From: Candidatus Methanomethylicaceae archaeon
GTDB lineage: Archaea; Thermoproteota; Methanomethylicia; Methanomethylicales; Methanomethylicaceae
Reading direction: 5' to 3'
Assembly: GCA_025057955.1 (NCBI GenBank)
Contig: JANXER010000005.1
Coordinates: forward strand, 1-63,222
Length of the DNA: 63,222 bases
Positions 30,227 through 37,992 of the stretch are shown here, in pieces. The translations under genes were made by a program, and so were the position numbers. The notes below the pieces were generated by a model, which worked only from the letters and a program-made list of their open reading frames with translations, was not told the DNA's origin and made no database searches. Within the stretch, counting starts at the first letter, position 1. Each line of letters begins with the position of its first letter.

Positions 30227-32880
30227 TTAATTTTCCTCAATATAACCTTGCTGCTCTCCATGGTTATCAATGTTATCATCGATAAAATTAGAGCCAGCCA
30301 TATTGCATATGAATCTATCTCTACAATTTCAAGTGCATGACGAGTTATTGGAAAGCTGAGTAGAATGATTAGAAGTAAGATCTCCCAAATTATTGCTAGC
30401 AATAAGAACTTATGTGGTTTAGTCTCAAAGATGCTATACTTTAATGATCTACAGCTTATTGCTAAAGTCAATTCGAATAGCACGAATATTGTGAAAATCC
30501 TACTTCGAGCTAAATCAATGCCACTTGGTAAAGAGAATAGAAAGGCCCAGAATATGAAGGGCGCTCCTATTATTATTGTGCGTAATATCATGGACTTTAC
30601 ATCTTTAGTGAATATGGACTCCCTTGGGTTTCTGGGCGGTCTTCTCATGATATCAGGATCTGGCGGGCTTACTCCTAGAGCAATGGCTGGAAGTCCATCT
30701 GTAGCTAGATTAACATAGAGTATATGTACTGGCAATAGTGGAGTTGGATAACCCATGAAAACTGCTAATGATAGTATTAAAACTTCAATAAAGTTAGCTT
30801 GCAATAGATATGTCAAGTATTTCTTTATGTTATCATAGATCCATCTTCCCAATTCTATGGCATTAACAATAGTAGCAAAATTATCATCTGCTAAGACCAT
30901 ATCAGCAGTTTCTTTTGTGACTTCAGTTCCAGTTATTCCCATTGCAACACCTATATCCGCTTGCTTAAGGGCGGGGGCATCATTAACTCCATCTCCAGTC
31001 ATTGCCACTATTTGACCTCTTCTTTTCCAAGCTTTAACAATCTTAAGTTTATGTTCAGGAGAGACTCTAGCATAAACTGTTACTTTTTCAACAATCCCCT
31101 CCAAATCCTCTTCGCTCATTTTCTCCAATTCCTCTCCAGTTAGTACGATATCTCCCTCGCTATAGATTCCCAACTCCTTTGCCACAGCCATGGCAGTAAG
31201 CTTATGATCTCCAGTGATCATTATGGGCTTTATTCCAATTTGCTTACAAACCTCAACAGCCCTCAGAGCCTCTTCACGTGGTGGATCTAGCATACCCATA
31301 AGGCCAAGAAATATCATATTTCCTTCGATATTATCATCAACTTCATCCACTCTTCTATAAGCTATGGCTAAAACCCTTAGAGCTTCCTTTGCCATTTCAT
31401 CATTAATTTTAAGTATTCTATCCTTTACATCCTTAGTAATTTCTTCAATGCCCTTTTCGCTATAAATATAGGTACACCTATCTAAAACCCTTTCAGAAGC
31501 TCCCTTCATACATATTAGCCTATCTCCTTCAGGAGTGCTATGAATAGTTGTCATAAGTTTTCTCTCAGAGCTAAATGGAATTTCACCTATACGTGGATAT
31601 GAACTTCTGATCTCATCTTGTTGAAATCCAGCCTTAATTGCAGCTACAACCAAAGCCCCCTCAGTTGGATCGCCCTTTATCTTCCAGCCCCCTCCCTCAT
31701 GTATTAGCTCAGCATCATTGCATAGCAGAGAGGATAGCATTAGAAGCTTAAATCCCTCGCTTTTCACTATATTGGGATTATTGCTTTTGAAATCTCCCTT
31801 GGGCTCATAGCCCACTCCAGAAACCTCTATTATATTATTCAAGCAGTATATTTTTCGAACGGTCATCTCCCCTTTGGTTAGCGTACCAGTCTTATCTGAG
31901 CATATTACTGTTACTGAGCCAAGCGTTTCCACAGCTGGCATTTTTCTAACAAGGGCATTTCTTCTAGCCATTCTATACATTCCAATCGCTAGGCTTCCTG
32001 TAACTACAGCTGGCAAAGCCTCTGGAACTGCTGCTACTGCTAGAGCTACACTGAATAGAAAAATATCCATAATTGATAATCCTCTTATGATACCGAAAAA
32101 TATCAATAGTGCTGTTATGGATAGAGCTATAATTCCAAACCATTTACCAATTTCTTTTGCCCTCCTCTCTAGAGGACTCTCTTCTTTTTCGGCTATTGTT
32201 ACAAACTTGGCTATTTTACCGAATTCAGTGCTCATACCAGTGGCTACTACAATTGCTCTCCCCTTGCCACTTACTACTTCTGTTCCAGAGAAAACCATGT
32301 TTCTTCTATCTGGTAGGGGTGTCTCAATCGGAAGAGTGGAAACATTCTTTAATACTGGTACTGACTCTCCTGTTAGGGATGCCTCATTCACTTGAAGATT
32401 TATAGCTTCAATTAACCTAGCATCAGCTGGAATTTTATCTCCTTCCTTTAATACTATGATATCGCCTGGCACAATCTCCTTAGTAGGTATGGAGATCTCC
32501 TTAGAATCTCTTATTACTGTAATGGTTGGACTGAGCATTTTCCTCAAGGCATCAAGTGCTCTTTCAGCACGATACTCCTGAACAAAGCCTAGTATGGATG
32601 AAATCATGACTATTATGAAAATTACTAGAGCATCAATCTCCTCACCTATAATTAAAGAAATTGCTATGGCTATTAATAGAATCCATATTAAAATGCTCTT
32701 GAATTGACTTAGGAAGATTCTTATGGGTGAAATCTTCTTTGCTCTTATGAGTTCATTATATCCAAACTTTATTAATCTACTCTTGGCCTCAGCATCACTT
32801 AAGCCATGTAGTAGATTGCTATTAAGTATTTTTTCTACTTCATCCTTGTTTAAGGAGTGCCAATTTGAAGTCCCCTTCAT
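30214..32880 (-). CDS. P2-type cation-transporting P-type ATPase
   Basis: It has the motifs TGES, PEALPAVVT, CSDKTGTLT, MITGDH and GDGVNDAPAL, plus about 10 TM helices. I prefer the start MKGTSNWHSL (32880), which matches the usual Cation_ATPase_N start and coincides with the duplicated segment. The track start at 32937 adds 19 unlikely residues. Confidence 0.85.
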   Translation of the reverse strand: MKGTSNWHSLNKDEVEKILNSNLLHGLSDAEAKSRLIKFGYNELIRAKKISPIRIFLSQFKSILIWILLIAIAISLIIGEEIDALVIFIIVMISSILGFVQEYRAERALDALRKMLSPTITVIRDSKEISIPTKEIVPGDIIVLKEGDKIPADARLIEAINLQVNEASLTGESVPVLKNVSTLPIETPLPDRRNMVFSGTEVVSGKGRAIVVATGMSTEFGKIAKFVTIAEKEESPLERRAKEIGKWFGIIALSITALLIFFGIIRGLSIMDIFLFSVALAVAAVPEALPAVVTGSLAIGMYRMARRNALVRKMPAVETLGSVTVICSDKTGTLTKGEMTVRKIYCLNNIIEVSGVGYEPKGDFKSNNPNIVKSEGFKLLMLSSLLCNDAELIHEGGGWKIKGDPTEGALVVAAIKAGFQQDEIRSSYPRIGEIPFSSERKLMTTIHSTPEGDRLICMKGASERVLDRCTYIYSEKGIEEITKDVKDRILKINDEMAKEALRVLAIAYRRVDEVDDNIEGNMIFLGLMGMLDPPREEALRAVEVCKQIGIKPIMITGDHKLTAMAVAKELGIYSEGDIVLTGEELEKMSEEDLEGIVEKVTVYARVSPEHKLKIVKAWKRRGQIVAMTGDGVNDAPALKQADIGVAMGITGTEVTKETADMVLADDNFATIVNAIELGRWIYDNIKKYLTYLLQANFIEVLILSLAVFMGYPTPLLPVHILYVNLATDGLPAIALGVSPPDPDIMRRPPRNPRESIFTKDVKSMILRTIIIGAPFIFWAFLFSLPSGIDLARSRIFTIFVLFELTLAISCRSLKYSIFETKPHKFLLLAIIWEILLLIILLSFPITRHALEIVEIDSYAIWLALILSMITLITMESSKVILRKINYLK

Positions 32881-32891
32881 ATGAAATACCA
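32797..32891. repeat. 95-bp perfect direct repeat, copy 1 (11 nt of leader plus the first 28 codons of the ATPase gene)
   Basis: It is identical base for base to 33018..33112, as read directly from the sequence. Confidence 0.95.
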
Positions 32892-32969
32892 ATGAGTAAA
32901 TAGGGCATGACCTCTTAAGCTTTTTTATCATCGGCAATTAGGTCAATTGTTTATAATCCTTTGGATAAC

Positions 32970-33101
32970 TTAATTCACAAGAACTTTAAAATTATCGTAT
33001 GTTGAAAATAAAATATTACTTAAGCCATGTAGTAGATTGCTATTAAGTATTTTTTCTACTTCATCCTTGTTTAAGGAGTGCCAATTTGAAGTCCCCTTCA
33101 T
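32970..33101 (-). CDS. Possible 43-codon upstream ORF created by the duplication (first 28 aa identical to the ATPase N-terminus)
   Basis: The ATG at 33101 sits in the same leader context as the ATPase ATG. It reads MKGTSNWHSLNKDEVEKILNSNLLHGLS, then 15 unique codons and a TAA at 32970. Expression is not demonstrated. Confidence 0.3.
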   Translation of the reverse strand: MKGTSNWHSLNKDEVEKILNSNLLHGLSNILFSTYDNFKVLVN

Positions 33102-33112
33102 ATGAAATACCA
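33018..33112. repeat. 95-bp perfect direct repeat, copy 2 (221 bp upstream of copy 1 with respect to the minus-strand gene)
   Basis: It is identical to 32797..32891 and lies next to the AT-rich putative promoter region 33113..33222. Confidence 0.95.
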
Positions 33113-33222
33113 TTAAAAAATAATTAATTTTTCTTGATAAAGATTAAAAATATATAATTATTAGTATGATAAAAGAGAAATATTTTTAAGTTAGAATGCC
33201 ATAAATAAATTGGTGATTTTCC

Positions 33223-33519
33223 TTGGTAAAAAAAGAGAGAATTCCTCTATTGCCTGATACCTGCTTTTACCATGATGAGGAAAAGTATGTATTTGAGATA
33301 GAGCTACCTGGGGTTACAAAGGAGAACATCAATCTTGAGGTTACTGAGAGGAGTCTATGTTTATGCGCACCAAGAAACGAAGTGGAATACAATGGATGTT
33401 GGTTTCTTGTACATGAAGTTAAGCCGGAAAAGGCAAAGGCACACTTCAAAAATGGTTTACTCACAGTGGAGATTCCACTGGCAAAGCCAATGAGGGGAGT
33501 AAAAGTTCCAATAGAATAG
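33223..33519 (+). CDS. Small heat-shock protein (Hsp20 / alpha-crystallin domain only)
   Basis: It has FEIELPGVTKENINLEV and GLLTVEIP motifs, with a TTG start. At 98 aa it is short and lacks a long N-terminal arm. Confidence 0.75.
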   Translation: MVKKERIPLLPDTCFYHDEEKYVFEIELPGVTKENINLEVTERSLCLCAPRNEVEYNGCWFLVHEVKPEKAKAHFKNGLLTVEIPLAKPMRGVKVPIE

Positions 33520-33531
33520 CGAGAATATATC

Positions 33532-33538
33532 TTTTTTT
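33532..33538 (+). terminator. T7 tract downstream of hsp20
   Basis: The sequence ctttttttg lies 13 nt after the stop codon. Confidence 0.35.
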
Positions 33539-33688
33539 GTGAATTTATCGATGAGTTTTCCAAATCAATTTTCATAGAATGAAAATCACTGAAATTTTCC
33601 AGATTACATGAAATTCAAATGAATTATTGATTTAATCCCTAGTAAAAGCTTTTATTAGGTCCACTTAAAATACTGTGAGGGAAATTAA

Positions 33689-33982
33689 ATGAAAATTCCA
33701 GGGATGTTCTACATCACATTATCCTTTATTCCATGGATTATTTATTGGACTCTCTGCAGTTTGGAATCACATCTTGGCATTATCATTCCCTTAATTATTT
33801 CATTTATTCTAGTAGCCCCTCAAATAGAATGGAAGAATTATAATCTAATGAATTTTATCTCCTTAGCATATTTTAGCTTAGCTTGGATGAGCACTTTCCT
33901 ATTTAAATTCGAGTTTTCATTGAGCAAAGTGGATTTGCTGGATATCTTTATTTATCATATCAGCCCTTTCCATAGCCATTAA
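33689..33982 (+). CDS. Membrane protein fragment, probably the N-terminal part of the downstream oxidoreductase gene, separated by a frameshift
   Basis: It has three hydrophobic helices, and its last ~19 codons look non-membrane. The downstream gene's frame is already open from 33924 and encodes TM-like sequence there. Confidence 0.4.
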   Translation: MKIPGMFYITLSFIPWIIYWTLCSLESHLGIIIPLIISFILVAPQIEWKNYNLMNFISLAYFSLAWMSTFLFKFEFSLSKVDLLDIFIYHISPFHSH

Positions 33983-34082
33983 ACAACCCTTTGCGCTTAT
34001 TGTTTCTAGAAGGGATTGGCCTAAGAGCTATTGGAAAGAGAGATCCTTTCTTTTTATCAACAATATAATTTCAGCAGTTTGG

Positions 34083-35720
34083 ATGCTAATATTTTTGATC
34101 AATTCAATGCTTTTTATAATCCTAACATCTCCCTATGAATTGATTCTCTCAAATTTTTTAGTTGTTTTTGGAATAATTTTCTCAATAGTTTTTCCAATCA
34201 AGGCTCCTACATACTTTGTTATAAAGGAGTATGTCAAGCCATTTGAGAGATTCGATTGGAGGATTGAAACTAAAAGTGAATATGATGTTATAATTATAGG
34301 GGCTGGAATTGGAGGATTAACTTGCGGCTCTATTCTTGCCAAGAGGGGTTATAAAGTTCTTATCCTAGAGCAACATTATCGAGGCTTTTGCTCATCTTTC
34401 GAAAGAGGGAATTTCATCTTTAATGCTGGTGTTGAGGATGTAAGTGGCTTATGGGAAAGAGGAACTATATCTTTCCTATTGAGGGAGATTGGATTAAATA
34501 AAGATGATTTGTTTGTAAAGAATACTGTAAGGTATATATTCAAGGGAAGGAGCATTGAAGCAAAAAATCTGGATGATTATATAAGAATTCTTTCAGAAAT
34601 ATTTCCACATGAGAGTAAAAATATAGTGGCTTTTTTTGATGATGCCAGAAGAGCTTACATGGAATGTTATAGCAATGTTGATTATTATGGTGCGCCTTTT
34701 CCTCCGGAGATTATTACTAAAATTTTCGGTGTAAGAAAGCTTGTGAATTATCCAAGAGAGCATCCTTACTTCTATGATTGGCTTGGAAAAAGCTATAGGC
34801 AAAAACTTGAGTATTTTACTGATGAGGATTTAGAGGAGTTTTTATGTGCTCTACTATCCTATCTTGGAACAACTCCTGAAAGAGCTTCAGCTTCAGCAGC
34901 TCTTACAGCAAGTCTATCCTATTATTTACATGGAGGCTATTTTCCAAGAGGAGGAGCACAGAGATATGCAGAAACTCTCAAAAATGTTATTGAGAGATAT
35001 GGTGGAAAAGTTCTGTTAAGGCATAGAGTAGATAAAATAATTGTAGAAGAAGGAGTGGTAAAAGGGGTTAAGGTTGGAGAAAAAATCTTTCAAAGCTCCA
35101 TTGTTGTTTCAAATGCTAATGCTAAAACCACATTTCTAAAACTCATTGGAGAGGAAAATTTGGATAGAGAATTCATTAATTATATCAAGGGATTAAAGAT
35201 GTCTCCATCATGTTTCATGGTATTTTTAGGTGTTAACTTAGATTTATCCAATTATCCCACCATAATTAAAAACTTGGATGATGGATATGAAATGGTTATC
35301 AACTCTAATGCAGATCCAAATTTGGCACCCAAGGGAAAATCAAGCATTACAATTTTAACTTATGCTAATTATTATGACTTTCCAGAAAGAGGAACTGAGG
35401 AATACTTGAAAAAGAAGCGTGAGATTACTGAAAAGTTAATTCAGAAAGCTGAGAAAGTAATTCCAGGATTAAGTAAGCATATAATTGTTCAAGATGCTGC
35501 AACTCCAAAAACCTTCGAAAGATATACCTCAATGCCCGAGGGAGCAATTTACGCCTTTGATCAATCAATAGATGTAAAGAGACCATACTTCAAAACTCCG
35601 ATAAAGGGATTATATCTTGTGGGAGCATCCACTTTTCCAGGAGGAGGAATAGAGGGTGTTACAATATCGGGAATAATATGTGCAAATGATATATGTGGTT
35701 GGAAAAAAAGGCCTGATTGA
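34083..35720 (+). CDS. Phytoene-desaturase-family (CrtI/CrtD-like) FAD-dependent oxidoreductase with N-terminal TM segments
   Basis: It has the Rossmann motif DVIIIGAGIGGLTCGSILAKRGYKVLILEQ and the C-terminal GLYLVGASTFPGGGIEGVTISG. The reading frame is open upstream to 33924 without a start codon. Confidence 0.8.
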   Translation: MLIFLINSMLFIILTSPYELILSNFLVVFGIIFSIVFPIKAPTYFVIKEYVKPFERFDWRIETKSEYDVIIIGAGIGGLTCGSILAKRGYKVLILEQHYRGFCSSFERGNFIFNAGVEDVSGLWERGTISFLLREIGLNKDDLFVKNTVRYIFKGRSIEAKNLDDYIRILSEIFPHESKNIVAFFDDARRAYMECYSNVDYYGAPFPPEIITKIFGVRKLVNYPREHPYFYDWLGKSYRQKLEYFTDEDLEEFLCALLSYLGTTPERASASAALTASLSYYLHGGYFPRGGAQRYAETLKNVIERYGGKVLLRHRVDKIIVEEGVVKGVKVGEKIFQSSIVVSNANAKTTFLKLIGEENLDREFINYIKGLKMSPSCFMVFLGVNLDLSNYPTIIKNLDDGYEMVINSNADPNLAPKGKSSITILTYANYYDFPERGTEEYLKKKREITEKLIQKAEKVIPGLSKHIIVQDAATPKTFERYTSMPEGAIYAFDQSIDVKRPYFKTPIKGLYLVGASTFPGGGIEGVTISGIICANDICGWKKRPD

Positions 35721-36124
35721 AATATCATGAGTATAAGTAGAGTGAGAACATTAAGTCCATAGAGAGGAATTAAGGCACATAAATGGATCAATTAGGAATT
35801 TTTTAGGTCTAATAGCAGGGTTTTTAGCCCAAAACTCATATGTGAAGCCCTCGACCCTTATATATAGAATTTCCTTCCTAATAGGCCCCTCCAATTTAAA
35901 TATTCAACTCTTATACGTTAATCTCCTATAACTCATTTAATTTCCCTACTTTGGCAAAAAGTGAGCATAAAAAATCACTAATATCATTTTTAAATTGAAT
36001 TAAGTTTTTAACATTGAATTCTGAGCTTTTTAACTCTTGCTAAATCAATATATAATTGTTCAATTGATTAAATAAAGCATCCCTAATAGGCTTAATATCA
36101 AAAGAGCTAGATATTATAATTCTA

Positions 36125-36202
<78 letters not shown>

Positions 36203-36305
36203 ACTTTATTAAATTGAGAAAGTGCTCCTTTTTTAAGTTTTTGAGGAAAATTTTATGAACAAATTTAATATTTTTTCTCACCATAATTTTACTAGGGATT
36301 AAAAG

Positions 36306-36803
36306 ATGATTGATGACTTAGAACTACTCATAAAAGAAATCATTGAAAATTATAATAGAACTCCAAAAGGTTGGAGATTTCTATCAGACTATAAAGGAAA
36401 TGTTGTTATTATAGGGCCTGATGTAAGCTATCAATTTAAAATTATGATGATTAATCCAAGCGAAAGTATTGGTGTTGGTGCAAGAATTTCAAACTCCGAA
36501 TCCTTAAATAAACTAACTGCTAAAGAGTTCGATTCTGGCTTTAGAGCTATTGATGAGTCAAAATTTCATGCTTTAATCTCTGGCAAAATTTCCGAGGAAT
36601 TAATATTAGAGCTATTGAAGAAGGATCCATCTCCATTGAATGAGCTTGAGAAAAGTAGAGCTATCCTTGGAGGCCCAATATTCTCTCATCCTGATATAAG
36701 AATGTTATCAAAATCTCAACAGGAACTTGAGAGCAAGCTTGCTATTGAACTCAATAAACTATTTAGGAGAAAATATCCACATAGGGCAAATATCTATTGG
36801 TGA
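36306..36803 (+). CDS. Hypothetical protein, first gene of an overlapping five-gene string
   Basis: This 165-aa ORF has no motif I recognise. Its stop overlaps the next start. Confidence 0.5.
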   Translation: MIDDLELLIKEIIENYNRTPKGWRFLSDYKGNVVIIGPDVSYQFKIMMINPSESIGVGARISNSESLNKLTAKEFDSGFRAIDESKFHALISGKISEELILELLKKDPSPLNELEKSRAILGGPIFSHPDIRMLSKSQQELESKLAIELNKLFRRKYPHRANIYW

Positions 36804-37093
36804 TTGACTTGAGGAATAAAATAAAGCTCTATAAGAGTTCTGATTGTTTAAAGTGCTCAGCAGCCAAGTTCATAATTCAGAGAATTCTAATAAGCAAAGG
36901 GTTTTCCTATAATGATTTTGTTGAAGAAAAGGATGTAAAAATGGATAGAGATGCCATGGCAGATTTGCTAATGTATGATACTATTAATATTCCATTGATT
37001 ATAATTGGCAATCGCATATTAAAGGATGAGGATGTTACAAAGGAACAATTAATAAAAGAGGCAATTGAGGAATGGTTAAAAAACCTCAATTGA
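36797..37093 (+). CDS. Glutaredoxin/NrdH-like thioredoxin-fold protein
   Basis: It has the pattern KLYKSSDCLKCSAAK (CxxC after beta-1) followed later by IPLIIIGN, which is Grx-like. The start is TTG/GTG at 36797/36800. Confidence 0.6.
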   Translation: MVIDLRNKIKLYKSSDCLKCSAAKFIIQRILISKGFSYNDFVEEKDVKMDRDAMADLLMYDTINIPLIIIGNRILKDEDVTKEQLIKEAIEEWLKNLN

Positions 37094-37239
37094 TGTGCAA
37101 GGATTGTGAATATTGGTATGGAGCTGATGATAATGATTATGGACCTTGTAGCATAAAACATGCGAGAGGAGATAAAAAATTTATTACACATGGCTTTCAT
37201 GAGTGTGATGAATTTGAATATAAGATTAGCAATGCGTGA
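37093..37239 (+). CDS. Unannotated 48-aa Cys/His-rich protein (putative metal-binding mini-protein)
   Basis: It is absent from the ORF track because it is under 60 aa. The ATG overlaps the upstream TGA. It translates as MCKDCEYWYGADDNDYGPCSIKHARGDKKFITHGFHECDEFEYKISNA (Cys2, Cys5, Cys19, Cys38 plus three His). Its stop overlaps the GNAT start by 8 nt. Confidence 0.5.
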   Translation: MCKDCEYWYGADDNDYGPCSIKHARGDKKFITHGFHECDEFEYKISNA

Positions 37240-37984
37240 AGATTATGAAGAACTTTTAGAACTCTCAAATGAAGCTGAATGGAATTATGAAATTGAGGAT
37301 TTTGTTTTAATGAATGAATCTGGAATATCCAAAATTTTAGTGGTTGAGAGATCTAATGCTATAGAGAAATCTGATATTATTGGAATGATTACAATATTTG
37401 ATTACGGTCAAATAGGTTGGATATCAAATTTAATAGTTAGGGAGAATTGGCGAAGAAAGGGAATAGGAAGTTTATTGCTTAGAGAAGCTTTGAAATTACT
37501 AAATGGTAAGAAAACCATCGCTCTATTTTCAAAGCAAGAATCCATAGGGTTCTATTTAAAAAATGGATTTAAAATTGATAGAGAGTTCTATTTCGTGAGG
37601 TTTAATGGTAATGGTAAGGAATATGAAAACCTTATAGGAGATTGGGATGAGGATATTTACATTATGGATCGCTTTTGCTTTGGCTATGATAGGAAGCCGC
37701 TGTTAAAGCTGATGATGAGCCGTGGATATATTATTAAGAGAAATAGAGAGTTTGCAATCATTCGTCCAAGCCCTAAGGAGAGCACAATTGGTCCAGTAAT
37801 ATCTAATAATGAATCCTTTCTTTTTATTGCCATGGCCTCTTCTGGCAAAGGATCAGTGGCGGTTACTACTACTTATTATGATTTTGTGGATATTATATAC
37901 AAAGTTTATAGAATGTATTTAGGAGAACCTCCATATACATATTACCCACTTGTTAAAGCCTTTGCAGGATTAGAGTATGGGTAG
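37232..37984 (+). CDS. GNAT-family N-acetyltransferase with an additional C-terminal domain
   Basis: It has the acetyl-CoA motif LIVRENWRRKGIGSLLLREAL...FYLKNGF, followed by about 120 aa (DRFCFGYDRKPLL...). I prefer the start MREDYEEL (37232) because the track start at 37160 lies inside the mini-ORF. Confidence 0.7.
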   Translation: MREDYEELLELSNEAEWNYEIEDFVLMNESGISKILVVERSNAIEKSDIIGMITIFDYGQIGWISNLIVRENWRRKGIGSLLLREALKLLNGKKTIALFSKQESIGFYLKNGFKIDREFYFVRFNGNGKEYENLIGDWDEDIYIMDRFCFGYDRKPLLKLMMSRGYIIKRNREFAIIRPSPKESTIGPVISNNESFLFIAMASSGKGSVAVTTTYYDFVDIIYKVYRMYLGEPPYTYYPLVKAFAGLEYG

Positions 37985-37992
37985 GTGTGAAT

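Noticed and set aside
32881-32937. The N-terminal 19-aa extension of the ATPase (MPMIKKLKRSCPIYSLVFH) implied by the track start at 32937.
   Set aside because: The conserved Cation_ATPase_N-type start (MKGTSNWHSL...) coincides with the duplicated leader+ATG unit. The extension lies in the unique spacer and has no counterpart in P-type ATPase N-termini that I know.
33545-33600. A possible C/D-box sRNA lies in the hsp20 downstream spacer (cGATGAg ... aATGAAAa ... CTGA).
   Set aside because: The C box deviates from RUGAUGA, there are no clear D' or C' boxes at proper spacing, and the terminal stem is only a weak A/T pairing. Chance occurrence is likely in AT-rich DNA.
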